NCBI GenBank assembly: GCA_964615625.1
Contig: CAZTQT010000005.1
Coordinates: 1-54,829 of the forward strand
Direction of reading: 5' to 3'
DNA length: 54,829 bases
Source: an uncultured Candidatus Saccharibacteria bacterium
GTDB taxonomy: Bacteria; Patescibacteriota; WWE3; UBA101185; UBA10185
Shown here: one piece after another, positions 17,194 through 26,064 of the stretch
How positions within the stretch are numbered: position 1 is the first letter of the stretch
How the letters are laid out: each line of letters begins with the position of its first letter
The notes under the pieces: generated by a model
Databases searched by the model: none
Told to the model about the DNA's origin: nothing
What the model saw: the letters and a program-made list of their open reading frames with translations, nothing else
Made by a program: the position numbers and the translations under genes

Positions 17194-18195
17194 ATGGGAA
17201 TAGAGCATATACCAAATACCAACAATGATAATGAATTCCCTTTTCCTTATTTACCTAGTAGAGATACAGAAACAAACGAAGAGAAAATTATAGGTACTGG
17301 GTGGGAATCACAAGTAAAAATGTTAGGACCAGATTGGGTTCTAAAAGAAGTAAACCCATTTACATCTTGGGGTGAAGAAAGATCACAAGAAATGATCAAT
17401 TATCTTAGAAACCCTGAAAGAGTTAGGGCTATCATGGATGATCAAGATAAAATTAGCAAAATATTTGGGGAGGAACACTTTGCTAGATCATATTTTATTT
17501 ATGGAAAAGATCAAAATGGAAAAGAGGGTTACATATTAGTACAAAAATTTATCCCAGGAAAAGCCTTATCAGAAATGATAGGGGTCGATTACAAAAATAC
17601 CGATGAAATGATAAATGAAAATAGAGAACAATTTAAAGATATTGTATGGGGTCTGAAAAAATCGTTTATTGAATTTGGTGTTCCTGTAGATTTTCACCCT
17701 GGAAATTTAATAAAAAATGAAAAGACGGGGAAAATAGTAATCATGGATACAGGCATCCCATCACGAGAATTTAGGACTGTTATGAGCGACGAACGTACAG
17801 AAAAAGCTTTTAATATTTTTGAAAATGCGTACAAAAGATTAGATAGGATGAGTAGATACGAAAGGCTGCTCAAACTAACTGAAGAGGAAAAGCTAGAACT
17901 AGATAATAAATACGATATAACTGACAAGCAATATAACGACCGCTTAGAAAATCTTAACAATATGAAAAACGAAAAAGGTTTTGAAATTAGTGTTGTTAAC
18001 CCTGTAGATAAACTTTTAAATAATATTTTTGGCGGAAGAGACAAGATCGATGGACAAGAATTATTAGACTATGCTTTTAAAACACTAGGTGAAAGAAAAC
18101 CAACTGAAAGTCAGGAAATTATTTTGGATAAATTAAGGGAACAAAGCACTGTTTTAGGAAATAAGGCCTATTGGAAGAATATCATTGAATTATAA
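17194..18195 (+). CDS. Protein-kinase-like fold protein
   Basis: IGTGWES (Gly loop), VLKEV (Lys), LVQKFIPG (hinge), DFHPGN (catalytic loop), IMDTG (DFG equivalent). Confidence 0.7.
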   Translation: MGIEHIPNTNNDNEFPFPYLPSRDTETNEEKIIGTGWESQVKMLGPDWVLKEVNPFTSWGEERSQEMINYLRNPERVRAIMDDQDKISKIFGEEHFARSYFIYGKDQNGKEGYILVQKFIPGKALSEMIGVDYKNTDEMINENREQFKDIVWGLKKSFIEFGVPVDFHPGNLIKNEKTGKIVIMDTGIPSREFRTVMSDERTEKAFNIFENAYKRLDRMSRYERLLKLTEEEKLELDNKYDITDKQYNDRLENLNNMKNEKGFEISVVNPVDKLLNNIFGGRDKIDGQELLDYAFKTLGERKPTESQEIILDKLREQSTVLGNKAYWKNIIEL

Positions 18196-18281
18196 GCAAC
18201 TCTCAATACTAAAATATAATGAAAAATTATATCGTACCTTTAGGGTTTGTATAAGGTATTTACTCGTGTAATAATTTTTAT

Positions 18282-19328
18282 ATGGTTGAAAACCCCTTTT
18301 TACATTACGAGGATACACATGCGGAGACACTTGATAAAATGGATATTGAATCAAAAAACCACACTACTCTTTTTGGGGCAATGGGCAAAGAGAAATATTT
18401 ATCATTTGCTTACGGTGAAGGTTTAAAAAGCAATCCAAAATTGCAAGAAGAATTATCCAAAAACGGCTTCACAGATGCAAAATATTCAATCGGAACATTT
18501 AACAATGAGAGAGGGGAGGAAGAAACCTCACTATTTATTTCACTTGAATTACCTAGCAACAATATCATATATGAATGTGATGTTAATAGTAAAAAAATGT
18601 GGCCATTTGATATGTACGAGGCTAAACATATCTACATTTTAGGAAAAAACGGTGAGGCTACAGATTTAATGGAGGAGCTTAGACCAACTGAAACTAAATT
18701 AATGATATGTCCAAATAAAAGGTTTCCCTTTGCTGGAGCATCTTTCAAAGAAAATATGATTGTCCTGCCTGATCTAAGAAAATTTTCAATTAAAAATCTT
18801 GGAGATGAAATAATGGATTTCCCTGTCATACTGCATGAGATAGGACACATAAAGCACCGGAAAGTAGAGCCAAATATTTTTAATGAGAGAGCACAAGCGG
18901 TAATGAATCTAACTTCCTTAATTGGTCTAGATAGATCCAAAATTGAAAAATTAAAAGGTACTCTCTTTGATAAATTGGCATGTTTTATTGAAGAACGCGC
19001 TCCAATTCTTTTAAGACAAGAGGAAATCGCATCATCTTGGGCATGTAAATGGATTGAGAAAAACAAAGAGCAAGGATTTAATTTTTGGAAAAGTATTACA
19101 GAAAATTACTGGGAACAGCTTGATATAGCACTTGCGACCTATAAAAATTTCTGGACAACAGTAGAAAATAAAGCCTGGTCTTTTGAAAACGATAGTGCTG
19201 ATAAATACATTTTTGAAAATTTAGTAAAACAATGGCAAGAACAATACCCACACCTTAACATTAAAGTAAATTCTGAAATCCCAAATACAATTAATGAAGA
19301 AAATAAAGATATTTCCCCTCTTTTGTAA
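18282..19328 (+). CDS. Hypothetical protein with HExxH zinc-metallopeptidase-like motif
   Basis: VILHEIGH plus a downstream EEIA helix. Confidence 0.6.
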   Translation: MVENPFLHYEDTHAETLDKMDIESKNHTTLFGAMGKEKYLSFAYGEGLKSNPKLQEELSKNGFTDAKYSIGTFNNERGEEETSLFISLELPSNNIIYECDVNSKKMWPFDMYEAKHIYILGKNGEATDLMEELRPTETKLMICPNKRFPFAGASFKENMIVLPDLRKFSIKNLGDEIMDFPVILHEIGHIKHRKVEPNIFNERAQAVMNLTSLIGLDRSKIEKLKGTLFDKLACFIEERAPILLRQEEIASSWACKWIEKNKEQGFNFWKSITENYWEQLDIALATYKNFWTTVENKAWSFENDSADKYIFENLVKQWQEQYPHLNIKVNSEIPNTINEENKDISPLL

Positions 19329-19427
19329 AATCTCTAGCTTTCTCTAATGACTTTTTAAATTCTTGCAAAAATTTTGAAGAAATTATTTAAACTTAACACA
19401 TTGCCTTGTGCTAGAATACCAACGAAT

Positions 19428-20615
19428 ATGAAAAAGCAAGAAAAGAAAAAAAGAATATATATGGACTATGCCGCTACAACACCTGTAGATAAAAAGGTTG
19501 TTAAAGCTATGCTTCCTTACTTTACGGAAAAGTATGGTAACACATCATCAATCCACACAATGGGAACAATTGCCAATACAGCTGTAAACAGAGTTAGAGA
19601 AGAAATTGCCAATTATATAAGCTGTCAAATAAACGAGGTTTATTTCACATCCTCAGCTACAGAAAGTAACAACTGGGCTCTAAAATGTGTAGCGTCTGCA
19701 AATAAAGACAAGGGGGACAAAATAATAATTTCATCTATAGAGCATGATTGTGTTTTAAATAGCGCAGAATGGTTATCAAAAAATGGCTTTAATGTAGAAC
19801 ATGCTCCTGTTGATGAGTTTGGATCAGTTAAGTTAGATGAATTAGAAAAAATGATGACTAAAGACACTATTTTGGTCTCTGTAATGCATTCAAACAATGA
19901 AATTGGAACAATACAACCAATAGAAGAGATAGGGAAAATATGCAAAAAGAAAGGGATATTGTTCCATACAGATGCGTCCCAAAGTTTTGGAAAGATGCCT
20001 ATAAATGTACAAAAACTAAATATAGATTTATTAACGGCTTCATCACATAAAATATATGGTCCTAAGGGTGTCGGCCTTCTTTATATAAAAAACGGCGTAA
20101 AAATAGATACTTTTATCCACGGTGGGGGGCATGAAAGAGGCAAAAGATCATCAACAGTTAATGTTCCTGCAATTGTTGGGTTTGGAAAAGCTTTAGAAAT
20201 CTGCATAAAAGAAATGTACGATGAAAAACTCAGACTCACAAATTTAAGGGATAAAATAATAAAAAGTGTTCTGAAAAATATCCCAGACTCCCATCTAAAT
20301 GGACATTCTACAAAAAGACTACCCAACAACATAGACATGAGATTTGATTTTATAGAAGGGGAGGCCCTGATGATGGAGTTGGACATGAACGGAATAGAAG
20401 TTTCTACAGTGTCGGCATGCTCATCCCCAAAATTACAGGCATCACATGTACTTTTATCCTGCGGTGTTGAGGAAAAATATGCCCAAGGAACAATAAGGAT
20501 AACATTAGGTAGATACACAAAAGAAAGTGAAGTAAAATATTTATTGGAGGTTTTACCAAAAGCCGTTCAAAAGCTTAGGAAAATATCTCCCATGAATATA
20601 CATAATTCAGAATAA
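19428..20615 (+). CDS. iscS: Cysteine desulfurase (IscS/NifS)
   Basis: YMDYAATTP, HTDASQ, SSHKIYGPKG (PLP Lys), SACSS (catalytic Cys). ATG 19428 preferred. Confidence 0.95.
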   Translation: MKKQEKKKRIYMDYAATTPVDKKVVKAMLPYFTEKYGNTSSIHTMGTIANTAVNRVREEIANYISCQINEVYFTSSATESNNWALKCVASANKDKGDKIIISSIEHDCVLNSAEWLSKNGFNVEHAPVDEFGSVKLDELEKMMTKDTILVSVMHSNNEIGTIQPIEEIGKICKKKGILFHTDASQSFGKMPINVQKLNIDLLTASSHKIYGPKGVGLLYIKNGVKIDTFIHGGGHERGKRSSTVNVPAIVGFGKALEICIKEMYDEKLRLTNLRDKIIKSVLKNIPDSHLNGHSTKRLPNNIDMRFDFIEGEALMMELDMNGIEVSTVSACSSPKLQASHVLLSCGVEEKYAQGTIRITLGRYTKESEVKYLLEVLPKAVQKLRKISPMNIHNSE

Positions 20616-20617
20616 AA

Positions 20618-21100
20618 ATGTATACAAAAAAAGTTTTAGATTACTTTAAAAAACCAAAAAACTTAGGAAAAATAAAAAACGCTGATGGTGTTGGAAAAGT
20701 TGGTAACATGGCCTGCGGAGATGTAATGCATCTCTATATAAAAGTAAAAGAAGAAAAAGGAAAAGAAATTATATCGGACATAAAATTCCAAACTTTTGGT
20801 TGTGTTGCGGCTATTGCAACAAGTAGTGCTGTAACAGAAATGGTAAAAGGAAAAACATTTGAGGAAGCATTAAAAGTTGGTAAAGGAGACATCATAGATT
20901 CTTTAGATGGGTTACCTCCAATTAAAATACACTGTTCTGTTCTTGCTACGGAAGCCCTAGCCGAAGCAATTTATGATTATTTGAGCAAAAATAACAAACC
21001 CATACCAGAAATCCTTGAAAAACAACATGAAAAAACAGTTAAAGAAAACGAGATGCTTGAAGAGAGGTACGAGGAATGGACAGAAAATCAGCAAGATTAA
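20618..21100 (+). CDS. iscU: Fe-S scaffold IscU/NifU-N
   Basis: GNMACGD, FGCVAAIA, KIHCS: three conserved Cys. Confidence 0.93.
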   Translation: MYTKKVLDYFKKPKNLGKIKNADGVGKVGNMACGDVMHLYIKVKEEKGKEIISDIKFQTFGCVAAIATSSAVTEMVKGKTFEEALKVGKGDIIDSLDGLPPIKIHCSVLATEALAEAIYDYLSKNNKPIPEILEKQHEKTVKENEMLEERYEEWTENQQD

Positions 21101-22140
21101 AAAACAAAAAAGTAGTTGTAGGTGTATCTGGAGGAGTTGATTCTACCGCCGCGTTAATTCTTCTACAAAAAAGGGGTTACACACCTGTCGGGATTTCTCT
21201 TAAACTTCCAAAATGGCATGGTGATAACAACAATTCAATAAAAAAGGCAGAGGAAATATGTAAAATCCTTAAATGCGAGCACCGTGTTTTAGATATAGAA
21301 AAAGACTTTCAATCAAATGTGGTGGATTATTTTGTTAAAACTTTAACATCAGGAAAAACTCCGAATCCATGCATGGTATGCAATAAAAACACAAAGTTTT
21401 TTCACCTTTTTAAATTCGCTGATGAAAACAATATAAAACACGTTTCAACAGGACATTACGCAAAAATTACAAAAAGTAGAAAACACAAATCTTTTTTCAT
21501 AACTCAACCAAAAGATAAAAATAAAGATCAAACTTATTATTTAAGTCTCCTACCTCAAGAATGGTTAGAAAGAATCATTTTCCCGTTAGGGGAAGTGGTT
21601 AAAGATGATGTTTATAAAATAACTAAAAAAGCAGGATTCCATTTTGAAAACATTTCTCAAAGCCAAGATTTCTGTTATATACCAGATGAATCAATTGATA
21701 GCTTTATTGAAAAAGAAATAAAAGTCAAAGAAGGGCAAATAATTGATAGCGAAAGAAAGGTTATAGGAAAACACAGAGGATTAGAGTATTACACAATAGG
21801 GCAGAGAAAAAAGATAGGATTAGCAGGAGGGCCTTATTACGTTACTAAAAAAGACGTTGGAACAAATAATTTGTTTGTCTCAAAAGATAAAAAAGATTTA
21901 GGAAAAACAGATATATACCTTTCTGATGTCTTTTTTGCAAATAATAAAATGTACGGTAAAAAACTTAAAGTAAAAGCAAAAATAAGATACCAACACAACC
22001 TCGCTCAAGCTATGATATCCCCAACAGAGGGTAGGGAATACCTAATAAAATTTGCAAAACCACAACTAGCAATAACTCCAGGTCAATATTGTGTTTTTTA
22101 TATTAATAAAATGTGTGTAGGATCTGGGATTATTAAGTAA
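21076..22140 (+). CDS. mnmA: tRNA 2-thiouridylase
   Basis: SGGVDS PP-loop, TPNPCMVCN, TGHYA, DQTYYL, SQDFC, ITPGQ. Confidence 0.95.
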   Translation: MDRKSARLKNKKVVVGVSGGVDSTAALILLQKRGYTPVGISLKLPKWHGDNNNSIKKAEEICKILKCEHRVLDIEKDFQSNVVDYFVKTLTSGKTPNPCMVCNKNTKFFHLFKFADENNIKHVSTGHYAKITKSRKHKSFFITQPKDKNKDQTYYLSLLPQEWLERIIFPLGEVVKDDVYKITKKAGFHFENISQSQDFCYIPDESIDSFIEKEIKVKEGQIIDSERKVIGKHRGLEYYTIGQRKKIGLAGGPYYVTKKDVGTNNLFVSKDKKDLGKTDIYLSDVFFANNKMYGKKLKVKAKIRYQHNLAQAMISPTEGREYLIKFAKPQLAITPGQYCVFYINKMCVGSGIIK

Positions 22141-22165
22141 CTCCGTGTGATACAATAACCACATT

Positions 22166-23119
22166 ATGCAAACAAAAATAGAAAAACAACCAAAATCAAC
22201 AATAAAAATGACCGTTGTTATAGAAAACAGCGCAGTTAAAGATTTTTATGAAAAAGAAGTTTCTCATGCTGTAGAATATGTAGAAATACAAGGTTTCAGA
22301 AAGGGAACAGCCCCAAAAGAAATGGTAATAGAAAAAGTTGGTAATTCCAGACTGTATGGAGATACAATAAACAGTCTTTTACAACACTATTACCCACAAG
22401 CTTTAAAGGAAAACCATCTTAACCCGATATCTAACCCAAAAGTGGACATAAAGGAGTTTGATATATCAAAAGACCTCGAGTTCACAGCAGAATTTGCAGT
22501 TAGACCAGAGGTTAAAATTGGAGATTATAAAAAGGCCTTGAAAGATTATTACAAGGAAAAAACAGAAAAACTTGAAGCTGCTAAATTAGAAAAATCAAAA
22601 GAAGAAGGGGATGATAAAAAAGAAGAACAAGAACACGACCACCATCACGATCATGTCCATATTGGTTCAAATGAAGTTATAGATATCCTTATAAAAGAAA
22701 CAAAAACTGAAGTTTCCGATATTTTGTTAGAAGAAGAAACAGACAGAATGATGACAAGATTGGTAGAACAACTGGAAACTATAAAATTGCCATTAGATAA
22801 ATATCTTGAAGCTCAAGGAAAAACTGCAGAAGAGTTAAGAAAAGAATATAACGATATGTCAGAAAAAAATATTAAGGCCGAGCTTGTTATGGCCCATTTA
22901 ATAGAGGTTGAGAAAATTGAGACTACGGATGAAGAAATAGACGAAATGATATCTGCAATAGGAGATCCTACATTAGGAGAAAAATTAGAAGATCCTGTAC
23001 AAAGACTTTATATCAAAAACATTCTTCAAAAAAATAAACTTTTAACCAAATTAATAGAAGAAGTGGAAGGACCAAACTTCCACGGTAATCACGAACATAA
23101 GGAGAAAAAAGATGAATAA
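22166..23119 (+). CDS. tig: Trigger factor lacking the FKBP/PPIase domain
   Basis: GFRKGTAP ribosome-binding motif, N-domain, charged His-rich linker, C-domain; 317 aa. Confidence 0.9.
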   Translation: MQTKIEKQPKSTIKMTVVIENSAVKDFYEKEVSHAVEYVEIQGFRKGTAPKEMVIEKVGNSRLYGDTINSLLQHYYPQALKENHLNPISNPKVDIKEFDISKDLEFTAEFAVRPEVKIGDYKKALKDYYKEKTEKLEAAKLEKSKEEGDDKKEEQEHDHHHDHVHIGSNEVIDILIKETKTEVSDILLEEETDRMMTRLVEQLETIKLPLDKYLEAQGKTAEELRKEYNDMSEKNIKAELVMAHLIEVEKIETTDEEIDEMISAIGDPTLGEKLEDPVQRLYIKNILQKNKLLTKLIEEVEGPNFHGNHEHKEKKDE

Positions 23120-23708
23120 CACATTAGTTCCAATAGTAATAGAAAAAGATCAAGGAGGGATGGAAAGATCCTATGATATATATTCCAGACTTCTTAAAGA
23201 TTTTATAGTTTTTGTTACAGGACCAATAGATATGGGGGTGGCAAATACTTTTATTGCACAACTACTTTTTCTTGAAAGTGTAAATCCTGATAAAGACATA
23301 AGTGTTTACATTAATTCCCCTGGAGGCGAGGTATATGCTGGAATCGCAATGTACGACACTATAAAACACATAAAAAATGACGTGGTTACAATAAATGTGG
23401 GACTCTCAGCTTCAGCTGGGGCTTTAATACTTTCGGCCGGGACAAAAGGTAAAAGATATGCTTTGCCAGGATCTCACACAATGATTCACCAAGTTATAGG
23501 TGGGGTAGAGGGGCAGGCAAGTGATGTTGAAATAACAGCAAAACACATGTTAAGACTTAGAGATCAATATGCTGAAGCTATATCAAAAGAAACGGGTCAA
23601 AAATTAGACAAAGTTAAAGGGGATATGGATAGAGATTACTGGATGGACGCAAACGAATCTGTAAAATATGGAATAATAGATAAAATAATGAATCCAAAGA
23701 AAAAATAG
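23112..23708 (+). CDS. clpP: ATP-dependent Clp protease proteolytic subunit
   Basis: DIYSRLL, YINSPGG, SASAG (Ser), MIHQ (His), DRDYWM (Asp). Confidence 0.97.
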   Translation: MNNTLVPIVIEKDQGGMERSYDIYSRLLKDFIVFVTGPIDMGVANTFIAQLLFLESVNPDKDISVYINSPGGEVYAGIAMYDTIKHIKNDVVTINVGLSASAGALILSAGTKGKRYALPGSHTMIHQVIGGVEGQASDVEITAKHMLRLRDQYAEAISKETGQKLDKVKGDMDRDYWMDANESVKYGIIDKIMNPKKK

Positions 23709-23773
23709 GGTAAAATACCTTCTGTTTATTAATAAAACTAGACTTGGTGGTTTGAAAAATAAAATAATACTTC

Positions 23774-23850
23774 GGGCGGTTAGCTCAGCCGGTTAGAGCG
23801 CCACATTGACATTGTGGAGGTCATAGGTTCGATCCCTGTACCGCCCACCA
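23774..23850 (+). tRNA. tRNA-Val(GAC)
   Basis: 77 nt: acceptor GGGCGGT/ACCGCCC, anticodon arm CCACA-TTGACAT-TGTGG, GGTTCGATCC, encoded CCA. Confidence 0.97.
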
Positions 23851-23902
23851 AAACAACTAAACTAGATTTACGAAAATTTCCAAATAAAAAGATAAAGTAT
23901 CT

Positions 23903-24164
23903 AGGCTGTTAGCTCCTGTTGGAGCGAAGCGACAACCGATCCTAACCAACCTAAAGAATATAGAAATATATTTAAATGAGCCAGTGGCGAATAAGTAGTA
24001 AGAAAATAAAACAAGCAAAAGTACAGAAGAGTTAGGAGAGTCGGTTAGAGCGCCACATTGACATTGTGGAGGTCATTGGTTCGCAAAATTCCTGCATCGC
24101 TACGCGATGTAAAAGGAAGCGCAGCGAGTGAAACGAGCGAGCAAGCTTTTATTACCGCCCACCA
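23903..24164 (+). pseudogene. Second tRNA-Val copy in three pieces, split by 126-nt and 70-nt insertions
   Basis: 23904-23915 matches 23775-23786 at 11/12, 24042-24083 matches 23790-23831 at 41/42, and 24154-24164 matches 23840-23850 at 11/11. Confidence 0.8.
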
Positions 24165-24213
24165 AAAACCTACCATCACTTCAACAAACCTAAAAATCAT
24201 CTATAATAAAATT

Positions 24214-24993
24214 ATGCTAAATGACCTTCAGAAAAAATACCTAGAACTCACAAAATTTGGACCATATCCCTCACCATATTTTTTCCACATCAGAAAAGGC
24301 GGTCAAATAATGTATTACTTAGGATTTGACCATACCTACGACGCAAAAGACTTATCTTGGGGTGTTCTTGATAATTACATGCAAGATTTTATAGATAAAA
24401 CTGACGGTAAAAAACGAATGGTTTTAGTGGAAGGTGGGGAGAAGATACTAGCCTCCGGAAGAAGGGACCAGATAAAAGCAATGGGAGAAGCTTATTACAC
24501 ATGGTACTTAGCTCAATCCTCAGCAATTCCTGTTATATACCCAGAGCCGGCAATCAATGACCAGTTAAAATTCCTTTCAGAAAAATTTCCAAAGGATGTG
24601 ATAATAACAAGCATTTTTGTAGAACAACTGTGCATAAGAAGTAACTACATAAAACCTGACAATATAGAAAGCTCTCTTTTATCTTACTTAGATTACGTTA
24701 AAAATGCTGTTAAATGGGAAGATGGAGTTTTTGACATAAAAAATATATTTGAATGTTATAAAAAAATATCTGGGATAGAACTTGATTACAACAATCTTGA
24801 ATACATAAGAAAAGAAACTGACCCTTATTTAGAAATTAACACTATCAATGAAGTTATTAACACAAAATCACAGTTTAAAGATAAAATAACATTGAAAAAT
24901 ACAAAAGATTTATGGGACAAAGGGTACAATATACTTGCTGTTTTTGGTAAAAGCCACGCTATAATGCATGAGATATCCATAAAAGAGTGGTAA
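24214..24993 (+). CDS. Hypothetical protein
   Basis: Open frame from ATG 24214. The track's upstream extension merely overlies the split tRNA copy. Confidence 0.7.
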   Translation: MLNDLQKKYLELTKFGPYPSPYFFHIRKGGQIMYYLGFDHTYDAKDLSWGVLDNYMQDFIDKTDGKKRMVLVEGGEKILASGRRDQIKAMGEAYYTWYLAQSSAIPVIYPEPAINDQLKFLSEKFPKDVIITSIFVEQLCIRSNYIKPDNIESSLLSYLDYVKNAVKWEDGVFDIKNIFECYKKISGIELDYNNLEYIRKETDPYLEINTINEVINTKSQFKDKITLKNTKDLWDKGYNILAVFGKSHAIMHEISIKEW

Positions 24994-25062
24994 CTGTGAT
25001 ATTATATATGTGATATTATATAAAAGATTTTTAGTAAATATTTATCACTTTAGATAATTAGT

Positions 25063-25536
25063 ATGAGTAAAAAAATCGTAACAATATTTATAGTTTCGGT
25101 TATAGCAATAATGATGGGAATCATAATATCTGATTCAAAAAGGACAAAAAAACTTACAGATGAAATTGATGGGATATTCTCATCCCAAACCCCAACCTAT
25201 TATTATGGAGACACCTGTCCCAATTGCCATAAAATTGATGATTTCATAAAAGAAAACGGTATTGAAGGATCATTTCCCGTAACGAGAAAAGAGGTTTATA
25301 AGAACCAAACAAATGCTCAAGAGTTAACTAAAATAGCTGTAGAGAGATGCGGAATAGAAACTAAAGAGATAGGGGTTCCATTTATGGTAGCTGAAAATAA
25401 ATGTATGGTCGGATATTTAGAAATAGTTGAGTATATAAAAGAAAAAACAGGTTTGGAAACGTCAGAAGAAAATAATGAAGAAGCAGAGAAAGAAAAAGCT
25501 ACAAATTCTGATTCAGAAACACCTGTAGAACAATAA
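25063..25536 (+). CDS. Membrane-anchored thioredoxin/glutaredoxin-fold protein
   Basis: TM helix, YYGDTCPNC active site, cis-Pro motif GVPF, additional Cys pair. Confidence 0.8.
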   Translation: MSKKIVTIFIVSVIAIMMGIIISDSKRTKKLTDEIDGIFSSQTPTYYYGDTCPNCHKIDDFIKENGIEGSFPVTRKEVYKNQTNAQELTKIAVERCGIETKEIGVPFMVAENKCMVGYLEIVEYIKEKTGLETSEENNEEAEKEKATNSDSETPVEQ

Positions 25537-25538
25537 AT

Positions 25539-26054
25539 ATGAAGAAAAATAATCTAAAAATATTTCTTTTTGCTCTATTAACAATACTTATCTTTGACTT
25601 GCAAAAAACTTTTGCAGTATGTCCTATATGTACGGTAGCCATAGGCACAGGGGTTGGTTTTACAAGATACATAGGGATAGATGACACAATTACAGGACTT
25701 TGGATTGGTGGTTTTATTGTATCTAGTGGTCTATGGTTAGCAAGTTTTTTGAAAAATAAAAAAATAAAAATACCTTATATAGAAATTCTATCAGTTATTT
25801 TAATGGCTGCTTTTACAATAATTGCTTTATACTTATCTAAATTTATAGGAGTAACACATAACAAAATATTTGGGGTAGAGAAGATTGTTTTTGGAATAGC
25901 TATTGGAATGATCATTTTCTTTTTTTCAACTAAAACAGACGCTTATTTAAGACAAAAAAATAACGGGAAAGTAATAATTTACTACCAAAAAGTTATAATA
26001 CCCGTGCTTTTTTTGACATTAACAAGTTTTTTATTTTATTTAATAAATTGGTAG
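25539..26054 (+). CDS. Multi-pass membrane protein with N-terminal CPIC motif
   Basis: Signal-like segment, AVCPICTVA, about four TM helices. Confidence 0.75.
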   Translation: MKKNNLKIFLFALLTILIFDLQKTFAVCPICTVAIGTGVGFTRYIGIDDTITGLWIGGFIVSSGLWLASFLKNKKIKIPYIEILSVILMAAFTIIALYLSKFIGVTHNKIFGVEKIVFGIAIGMIIFFFSTKTDAYLRQKNNGKVIIYYQKVIIPVLFLTLTSFLFYLINW

Positions 26055-26064
26055 GAGGATAAAT

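Noticed and set aside
23851-24164. tmRNA, RNase P RNA or group I intron
   Set aside because: No tag reading frame or tmRNA ends, no RNase P P4 signature, and the inserts are too short and lack recognisable P7 core elements.
24058-24213. N-terminal extension of the 311-aa ORF
   Set aside because: It is the translation of the split tRNA copy and its insert. ATG 24214 is the plausible start.
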